DNA from: Mytilus edulis
Lineage: Eukaryota
Length of the DNA: 64,000 nucleotides
Assembly (NCBI RefSeq): GCF_963676685.1
Contig: NC_092355.1
Coordinates: forward strand, 42,656,001 to 42,720,000
Reading direction: 5' to 3'
The position numbers and the translations under genes are program-made. Below the pieces are notes generated by a model. The model made no database searches and had not been told where the DNA came from. It saw only the letters and a program-made list of their open reading frames with translations. This document shows, piece by piece, positions 42,295-51,695 of the stretch; the first letter of the stretch is position 1; each line of letters begins with the position of its first letter.

Positions 42295-42987
42295 TCATGA
42301 TTGCGTTTCAATGATAAAATTATATAGCTTACAAGTAAAGTGTCTCATGTACAAATTAAATGTACATATATAAGATTTAAAATATGAATTGCCATGGTAT
42401 GGGTATAGTGTCCGGTGTAGAAAAATATTCCAGTAAAATTCATATGCGGTCTGTTCGAATACCTGCTATATTGTCGAGTATAATAGTTTTATTCGGTACT
42501 GTTCATATTCTTCCAAATGATATACAATTTTTGAACACAAAAAACGCAGAATTTCGTTGAAGTTTACTGAAACTATATTGTATTATATTGTTCTTGATTT
42601 ATCGAGAGCAACATATGTTACGTCCGGATTTTTAGAAATTAGAAATTAGAAAGAAGACATTCTTTTGCTATTAATTACGAAAATTGCCAAACATCGGACA
42701 AATATGTCATGCTTGTTTAGGGCGAGAATAAATTAACAATCAATCAAATAAGAAGGTCCTGTAACAGAGGACTTTCGAGATAAAAGTCGAGAAATTTAGA
42801 TTACCTCTGAAAACAAGTCTATATTGGACATGGACAACACGTTATTATTGCAACAGGTCACCTACAGGTATTAAAAATTTGTCGCAAGGGTTCTGATCGA
42901 TCAATTAGCGTAGCACTATATCTACCAACCCCAATCTGTCTTGACGTGGCAGTGTGCTTGAACATGCCACACAGTCAACAAACCTTT

Positions 42988-43651
42988 GGTAGCACTCCAC
43001 AGTTAGAAAATAAAATTAAAAATGAGCCCCAAAATGTTTTATCATCTCCTTTTCCTGGATTTCTAATACATTAACCTAACTGTTTGTGTTGTACATGTGC
43101 ATATGTATGTAATCAGTATCTTCCATAGATTTGATTTTCAAAAGTTAAAAGGGTGAAAATTAATTCCTTTCATGTGTATCCATGGCAACATTCTGCATTT
43201 ATTTACCATAAAATATTGCAAAAAAGGGGGGTGAACATGTCACATATCCCCCCAAAATTTGGATCAAACTAGAATTTCAATGCCTTTGAGTGATACCTTT
43301 TTAGAAACTGTTTTCATAAATCTTCCTTTTGATCAAATAAAAAATGGGTGTCTTTCGCCTCATTTTTTCGTAAAATCCAATCACAAAGTTCGTGCGATAA
43401 AAAGTTGGAAAATAACATTACAATAATTGCCGGACCAATGTATGGTATGGACATGCAAATACGGACTGTCATACAGAAAAAAGCCTTTATTACATACATT
43501 ACATAACCTTGTTGTTCATATAAACCCAATACAAAGGCTATTTTAATACTCAGCTATCTAAAAATGAATTTTATTGCACACTAGCTCTCATATTTAAAAA
43601 ATCTACAGGGGCCAAAATGCGAAACTACACACCTAACTGTGGAGTGCTACC
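42988..43651. mobile_element. MITE with 19-bp TIR ggtagcactccacagttag
   Basis: Perfect inverted match between 42988-43006 and 43633-43651. Confidence 0.8.
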
Positions 43652-43662
43652 TTTGCAATGGT

Positions 43663-46050
43663 CAGTCGTCCCGCTATACCACACGACCACCTGGGCTGCT
43701 GCAGTGCAGGCGATTTGGTGTCATGATATCACAGTAGCATGGGTTCGAATCCCGGCGAGGGAAGAACCAAAAATTTGCGAAAGCACATTTACAGATCTAA
43801 AATTGTTGGGTTGATGTTTAGACTAGTTGTATATACATTATGTACACAGCCATGTATCACCATCATTGATGGCGATCCGATGGATACATCTGTTGTAGAG
43901 TTGTCACTGACTCGGACATACTTATAAATATAATTATTTTCTGTGACTGTATATTACATTAATTTGTAGGATCCTTTACTATAGATAATTTAGCTGATCT
44001 GTAACAATAACATCTTCATGCTTTATATATCATGTACTGTAGTACGTCGCTAGATTAAAACTGACGAGGAAAGGTAACACACGGCCAGCGAAAGCTCTAT
44101 TATTGTAGAGCCCAGGTGGTCGTGTGGTCTAGCGGGACGGCTGCAGTGCAGGCGATTTGGTGTCACGATATCACAGTAGCATGGGTTCGAATCCCGGCGA
44201 GGGAAGAACCAAAAACTTGCGAAAGCAAATTTACAGATCTAACATTGTTGGTTTGATGTTTAGACGAGTTGTATATACATTATGTACACAGCCATGTATC
44301 ACCATCATTGGTGGCGATCCGATGGATACATCTGTTGTAGAGTTGTCACTGACTCAGACGTACTTATAAATATAATTATTTTCTGTGACTGTATATTACA
44401 TTAATTTGTAGGATCATTTACTATAGATAATTTAGCTGATCTGTAACAATAACATCTTCATGCCTTATATATCATCTACTGTAGTACGCCGCTAGATTAA
44501 AACTGACGAGGAAAGGTAACACACGGCCAGCGAAAGCTCTATTATTGTAGAGCCCAGGTGGTCCTGTGGTCTAGCGGGACGGCTGCAGTGCAGGCGATTT
44601 GGTGTCACGATATCACAGTAGCATGGGTTCGAATCCCGGCGAGGGAAGAACCAAAAATTTGCGAAAGCAAATTTACAGATCTAACATTGTTGAATTGATG
44701 TTTAGACGAGTTGTATATACATTATGTACACAGCCATGTATCACCATCATTGATGGCGATCCGATGGATACATCTGTTGTAGAGTTGTCACTGACTCAGA
44801 CGTACTTATAAATATAATTATTTTCTGTGACTGTATATTACATTAATTTGTAGGATACTTTACTTTAGATAATTTAGCCGATCTGTAACAATAACATCTT
44901 CATGCCTTATATATCATGTACTGTAGTACGCTGCTAGATTAAAACTGACGAGGAAAGGTAACACATGGCCAGCGAAAGCTCTATTAGTTTAGAGCCCAGG
45001 TGGTCGTGTGGTCTAGCGGGACGGCTGCAGTGCAGGCGATTTGGTGTCACGATATCACAGTAGCATGGGTTCGAATCCCGGCGAGGGAAGAACCAAAAAT
45101 TTGCGAAAGCAAATTTACAGATCTAACATTGTTGAATTGATGTTTAGACGAGTTGTATATACATTATGTACACAGCCATGTATCACCATCATTGATGGCG
45201 ATCCGATGGATACATCTGTTGTAGAGTTGTCACTGCCTCAGACGTACGTATATACTTAAAAATATAATTATTTTCTGTGACTGTATCTTACATTAATTTG
45301 TAGGATCCTTTACTATAGATAATTTAGCTGATCTGTAACAATAACATCTTCATGCCTTATATATCATGTACTGCAGTACGCCGCTAGATTAAAACTGACG
45401 TGGAAAGGTAACACACGGCCAGCGAAAGCTCTTTTTTTGAGAGCCCAGGTGGTCGTGTGGTCTAGCGGGACGGCTGCAGTGCAGGCGATTTGGTGTCACG
45501 ATATCACAGTAGCATGGGTTCGAATCCCGGCGAGGGAAGAACCAAAAATTTGCGAAAGCAAATTTACAGATCTAACATTGTTGGGTTGATGTTTAGACGA
45601 GTTGTATATACATTATGTACACAGCCATGTATCACCATCATTGATGGCGATCCGATGGATACATCTGTTGTAGGGTTGTCACTGACTCAGACGTACTTAA
45701 AAATATAATTATTTTCTGTGACTGTATCTTACATTAATTTGTAGGATCCTTTACTATAGATAATTTAGCTGATCTGTAACAATAACATCTTCATGCCTTA
45801 TATATCATGTACTGCAGTACGCCGCTAGATTAAAACTGACGTGGAAAGGTAACACACGGCCAGCGAAAGCTCTTTTTTTTGAGAGCCCAGGTGGTCGTGT
45901 GGTCTAGCGGGACGGCTGCAGTGCAGGCGATTTGGTGTCACGATATCACAGTAGCATGGGTTCGAATCCCGGCGAGGGAAGAACCAAAAATTTGCGAAAG
46001 CAAATTTACAGATCTAACATTGTTGGGTTGATGTTTAGACGAGTTGTATA
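43663..46050 (+). repeat. Tandem array of ~5.4 tRNA-headed 442-bp units
   Basis: Unit heads (agagcccaggtgg) at 44107, 44549, 44991, 45440 and 45882 (periods 442, 442, 449, 442). The first unit starts with an inverted head at 43663-43697. The last unit is cut ~165 nt in, at (TA)n. Confidence 0.97.
44107..44205 (+). ncRNA. tRNA-derived head (Pol III A and B boxes) of the array unit, repeated in each unit; not a functional tRNA
   Basis: A-box-like TGGTCGTGTGGTCTAG and perfect B box GGTTCGAATCC, separated by a long variable-arm-like hairpin (Leu/Ser type). Acceptor stem is poor. Confidence 0.75.
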
Positions 46051-46084
46051 TATATATATATATACATATAACTCGTCTAAACAT

Positions 46085-47852
46085 ATATATATAGTTATAG
46101 TGTCTAAAAATAGCAACAATCAACATTCAATCTATCTAGGTGTGGATCAGTTTGTAAATAAACTAATGCAGTTACTAAATTAAATTATATAAGTGTCTAA
46201 GAATGTAACTTTAACACACTAATGAGTGTTATAAAATTAGTTGTTATTTTTATATATTATTCACGCAATATTTCGCTAAACAAATTAGCTTCATCGGGCG
46301 TGTGCATCTATCTAGGTTAAATCGGATGCATGACAAAAAATATCTTTGTAGCTTGAGCTACACAAAGTTTGTGTAAAAGTTTAACAGATTGATTGATGGT
46401 CTATATAAAACATATTTTTGCCGTTTATTGTACATAATAATTTTTGAATCTGAACAAATAGTTGTTGTAGTTAAATAGAATGAAATTTATGATTTATTCC
46501 TTTGGTTTTGGGTAGAACTGTTTTTCATCCCTCTCATTAAGTCCGTCAGGTTCAAGAGTACGTAGCTGATGCATCCAGAACCTTTCTCTCTGTTTTCTTT
46601 TTTCGGTGTCCCAATTTTGGTTTACCTCAATTATTTGAAAGGTGATATTATCAAAAGTATGTCCTGTTCTTAAGAGGTGTCTCGTAATTGGACAGTTTCT
46701 TTCTTTTGTATAGAACGACCGGTGATTGTTAAGTCTGATGTTGAAATTAGTTTCTGTTTCACCAACATACTGCAGCTTGCAAGTTCCGCAAGTAATAATA
46801 TAAATACTATTTTCCGTTTTGCAATTAGATGTAACATAGATGTTGTATCGCTGCTTTGTTACTGTGCTGCTGAAAGAGTGGTCAGTGTCAGCGGCTTTAC
46901 AGCACTTACAATTGCTCCTACCGCATTGTTTGTAACACCCAAATTTAGAAGTTTCTTGTTTCTTTACTTTTGATGTCACAAGTATGTCTTTGAGATTTTT
47001 GGGTCTGCGATAGGCAATAATAGGAGGTGATGGAAAAATTTCTTTTAAGGAAGAGTCATTTTCGATAAGACGCCAGTGCTTTCGGATAGTAGGTGAAATG
47101 TTTGTCAAATCGGGATGGAAGGTTACAACAAACGGAATTCTATCTTCACGGGTCGTCTTATCTTTGTATTCCATGAGGCTAGCTCGATCTTTTTCTTGGG
47201 CTTTATCAAAAGCGTCTGTGATGTTTTTGGTTTTGTATCCTCTTGATTTCAGCTGTGTTTTAGTTGTCCCAAACGATAGTTAAGTTTGGATTCCGAGGAG
47301 CAAATTCGCTTTAGTCTGATGGCTTGACTGTAATGTATACTCCTGGAGCAGTGTTTCGGGTGACAACTTTTTGGAGAAAGGAACTGGTGTTTATCAGTTT
47401 TCTTTGTGTGAAGGTCAGTTGTCATGACCCCGTTTTTTACAAATGTGGTGGTGTCGAGAAAAGCAATTTTCTCGCTTGAAAATTCAGATGTAAATTTAAT
47501 TGAGTGATGGAACTGATTACATTGATCTAAGAAATCTTGCAAATGTTCTGCAGTATCGTTCAATTTCATGTCAATGTCATCAATAAAACGGAGCTATGAC
47601 AAGGGTTTGTATGGCACACTCAAAAGGATGCGTTCTTCGAGATCCCCCATAAAAATGTTGGCAAAAGAAGGTGCCATTTTTGTTCCCATACTAGTTCCGT
47701 CAATCTGTAAAAAGTGCTTGTCGTTGAAAACAAAGTTGTTATTTTCAAGCACTAGCTTCAGCAATTGAACTAGGCAGTCAGTTTGGGAAAGTTTATCCTT
47801 TCGAGTATTCCACACTTTTTCACACGCGGCTATTCCTTCATCTTTTGGAATA
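46085..47852 (-). mobile_element. 5'-truncated Penelope-like element (RT + Cys-rich linker + C-terminal GIY-YIG), Neptune-type, disrupted
   Basis: RT motifs QIDGTSMGTKMAPSFANIFM, LRFIDD, IAFLD, TDKHQFL..SCHPKH. Linker CYKQCGRSNCKCC. Endonuclease SIYIITCGTCKLQYVGET..RLNNHR..RERFWMHQLRTLEPDGLN. One stop near 47594 and a frameshift near 47250. Confidence 0.92.
46262..46302 (-). ncRNA. Minimal type I hammerhead ribozyme motif downstream of the PLE ORF (U4C core variant)
   Basis: Minus strand reads CACGC-CCGATGA-A-GCTAA-TTTGT-TTAGC-GAAA-TA-TT-GCGTG. Stem I CACGC/GCGTG, stem II GCTAA/TTAGC, palindromic short stem III. Confidence 0.75.
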
Positions 47853-48361
47853 ATTTTAAAACGTGTTCGCTGATCATTTTTGCATTCTATACAGATATTC
47901 ACCTATTTTGAAAAAAGAGTTTTTAAGTAATATATGAGAAAATTAAAAGCACAGTTGTACTATTTTGTTACCATTTTCATTTAAAGTAGTTCAACATGTT
48001 CAACGAGATTCTATGCAAAACTTATCAAATTCTTCTACATAGTCTATTTACTGTACTTTGAACTTCCGAAATGTTCAATCTACATGTATTTGATTTGAGA
48101 ATGATCATTGGTAGCATGCAGATTTCCGATATAAGCACTTTAAAACCTACAGTATTTATATTTTGTTGCAAAAACATCTCCTTTAGATACAAACTGGACA
48201 CATGATGATATTCAAAACAATATAGACACCCTTTGATATCGAAAGGTAATGAAACTGGACCTATCAATAGAATGCAGGTGAATGGTAGTAGGACACGAAC
48301 AAAATTAAGTATGAAAGAGCTGAAGATAAACTTGATTCTTTATCTATTACAGATTTTTAAA

Positions 48362-50203
48362 ATGAGTGATACGGAAAGAGAACTGTCTCGAAAGATTTAC
48401 CAGTATTTATGTAATATCGTTGGAACAGAAGAAGTTGTAAAAGCCAGAAGAAATATATTTCGTGTAATGGACAGGGTTTTACACATTCCAAACCTAACAC
48501 AAATAAGTAGTGGGAGTAAAGCTGAAGGTTTACACCTCAAAGGCAGTGATTATGATGTAATGATTGTTTCTAAAAGAATTCTCGTTTACGAGAATAAGAA
48601 TGTGTCATCTTTTACACCACTGTCCATGGATTTAATCATGGACAACAGTGATACAAAACCAGGATTTACAAAGCTTAAATTTGAATGCATTTCAAACGCA
48701 TACCTTTTGCCTACTAACGCATGGGTTGAGATTGTGGAAGGAGAAGCCTATTTTTCAAGTAAATTATTTCGGGAGCATAAATGTCCAGAGAATATGATTA
48801 TTCATGGACCATGTCGATCTTCCCTAGATGATACTTTTGATTCTGCACGTTGTTTCTTGTGTGAGACATGGATTAAACCTGCTCATAAATGGATAATAAG
48901 ATCGAGACCGTATTGGCCTGATTGCAAACTAGTAAAGGCTATTGTAAAGCGTGGTGTTTTGTTTGTTCCTATTGGTTGTAAAGGGTCAAAAAATGAAGAT
49001 TTGGAATGGCGTATATCGTTTTCTATGGCAGAGAAGCAACTTATTTTTTCCTTTTCGCATACCCAGTTATTATGTTACGCTTTGCTGAAAATAATTCTGA
49101 AAGACATAATCAAGATAAAACATAGTGATCTAGTTTGTTCATACTTTCTTAAAACTATTATGTTCTGGTTATGCGAAGAATCAAATCCTTTCGAATGGCA
49201 TTCTGGGAATATGATTCCGTGTTTCGTAAAATGTCTGAGGCGACTGATATACTGCGTAGAATATAAAACCTGTCTTCACTATTTTATTCCAGATAACAAC
49301 TTTTTCGAATGTCGATTTACTGAGAATCAACATAGGACTTTACTTGATACGTTGCATGATATAGATAATTCATTATGGACTTACGTTTTCCATACAGCTA
49401 CATTTTACAATTTTAGATTAGAACAAAGAGCTTCACAATCACTTTATTTGAAAGCATCTGCATTGTCCTGCTTGGCATTTCCTAAAGGTTTTCATATCAA
49501 TGTGAAGTATAGCAAAATCAAACAAATACTCGCTCGTTTAATTAAATTAAAAAATACAGAACTAAGAACGTACATGATGTCACTGATTTCAAACTACTGG
49601 ATGCAATCACAAGACTACACCAACTTTATAGATAGAAACAAATCTGTGTACAAGCAATACCAAATAAGTTTATGTTGTTTTAAGGCAGGGCTACATTGCG
49701 ATGTTAGTTCAACATGGTTGTTGTTAGCATCTTTATTTTATAAATTCAAGAGATTTAACGAATGTAAATATATTTTAAACTATTGTCTGTCAAAATAAAC
49801 GCCGGATAAAATTATATTAAGTTTCAAAAACACTATGTCAGAACAGACTTTGTTCCAGAAATACAATGACGCGTTTGGATTGCTGTTAACTTGTAAACAT
49901 TTAATCATTAATAAATTGTCGTTTAACAAGCCACATAATTTATTACCTGTAGAATTGATACCTTCAACTCAACAAGATGAACGTGACATAATACGAGTAT
50001 TTCCGTCTGTTTTGTATTTGCATATGTTATCATTTTTGTGTTGTCATCATCTTGGAGATAACAGAGGCAAACTAAATGCACTCCGAGATCTACAACTAAC
50101 CATTCGAGATAGGTACTTTATCTCCACAAACGAGACGCATTTCCAAATTGCATACAGTTGTCTGAAAATTGCTAAAAGTAAGATGTTGTTGGTAAATGCC
50201 TAA
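48362..50203 (+). pseudogene. cGLR paralog copy 3; one in-frame TAA at 49796-49798 gives a 478-aa product with intact catalytic core
   Basis: SSGSKAEGLHLKGSDYDVM, DDTFDSA, EWRISFSMAEKQL. SK*TPDK stands where paralogs have SKCTPDK, and the frame continues open to 50203. Acceptor ttacAG at 48351-48352. Confidence 0.88.
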
Positions 50204-50479
50204 GTGTACATTTTAGACCATCGTTTATTTTGAATCAATTGCAGTTTCAATAGATTGTGTTACGATATCATAAAAATAAAAAACTTTGTTTTTCATTGTA
50301 TGTTTTTTTTCTTCATCTGTTAGGCGAATCTTGTTGGTTGTAAAACTTTTTTAACGATTTGCACGCACTGGTGTCTTTATTCGTTTTGATTAGAACATCT
50401 CTAATATCGAAAAGATTAATTATAACTGTTTAGTTTATTTCAAGGATCCAAGGAAACGTAATCTTACGAAACGTGGTTT

Positions 50480-51695
50480 TGGACTTTACAGAGCTAATGT
50501 CTAAGAAGATTGAACTCGTACATACTGAAGTATAACTTTGTCTTGAGAGATTTTCTACGACAAAACAAGAAGACACCAACACATTGTTAGAATTAAAGAA
50601 AACTTTAAATTTGTGTTACTTGAAAAACAGTCTTTATTCAGATGAATATATAAAATTTCTAAAGAACACTAAAACAGAAGAAAGTCTCCAAGTGTATGAG
50701 GAGCATGACATTGAAGATGCCAAGTACAAAAACATTTTTGAACGAGCACTTCTACAAATGAAAGTGTCGGACAAGGAAGAATCTAAATTAACACATATAT
50801 CTGAAGCACATTCTAGAACTTCTTCAAACTCCAGCTCAGTTACAACCAGAAAGCATGCAAAGGCAGAAGCAGCCCAGGCTAAGTTTGAATTTGCCATGAA
50901 GGAGGCAGATTAACAGAAACAGAAGGCTTACATGGAAGAGCAAGAAAAAGTTCCAAGTGCAAAGACATTTACCTAAAAGGTTGAGCTGGAAGCTGAATTA
51001 GAACTGCTTTACTATAAGAAGGAAGCGACGGCCACTACTGCAGAGGCTGATGCGCTTGAACACGACCAAAATGTTTGTGATAGTAAAAAGTCTGATCTCC
51101 TTCAATCAAAAATCGTTTTTGAACGAACTATTCAATATGTAGAACAGCAACTTCTTCAAGAAAAAGCTGTAAAATTACCCCAGTCGATTATATTGTACTA
51201 TGTGACCCGTTCACAAATCAGACACCAGGTGATGCATTCCATGAACATTCACATATGCCACCACCAAAACCGTCTCGCCAAAAATATGATGTGACAAGTA
51301 TAAGTGCCGGTGGTAATGATCACGATATAAATATACAAGTTCAAGAACATGCATTGAATCCTAATGCACCTCAATTTCAACCTGACATACGCACACATCA
51401 GAAAGCACCTCTATTCAACCTGACATAAGCACATTTCAGAACGCACCTAAATTTCGTCCTGAAATAAGCAGACATCAGAATATTGCTACAGATCTCACAC
51501 GATTTCTTCTAAAGAAAGATTTGCTGTTATCAAGATTAACAACGTACAGTGATAGACCAGAAATGTACGCTGTATGGAAGGTTAGATTCAAAAACAGATC
51601 AAGCGAACTTTCTGTTACGGCAATGGAAGAATTAGATCTTATGGTGAAATGGTTAGGTCCTTAATTTACACGGCATGCAAACAGTATTAGATCAT
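50480..51695 (+). mobile_element. BEL/Pao LTR retrotransposon gag fragment, decayed
   Basis: Ser-rich plus coiled-coil SSNSSS..AKAEAAQAKFEF. Downstream DLTRFLLKKDLLLSRLTTYSDRPEMYAVWK..EELDLMVKWLGP resembles Pao gag. Confidence 0.7.

Noticed and set aside
44107-44205. Functional tRNA gene (apparent GCA anticodon)
   Set aside because: Acceptor and anticodon stems do not pair properly, so it is treated as a SINE-type head.
44503-44556. Hammerhead-like words CTGACGA..CGAAA plus a hairpin in each array unit
   Set aside because: There is no paired stem II and no UH after stem III (CC instead), and two units read CTGACGT.
43663-46050. CRISPR-like array or prokaryotic CBASS/retron interpretation of the NTase, RT and repeats
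   Set aside because: There are no unique spacers, no operon structure and no effector genes. Splice signals and TEs show a metazoan genome.
43739-46183. Repeated 62-83 aa ORFs (MVSRYHSSMGSNPGEG..)
   Set aside because: They are translations of the tRNA-headed repeat, mostly from non-ATG starts, with no protein signal.
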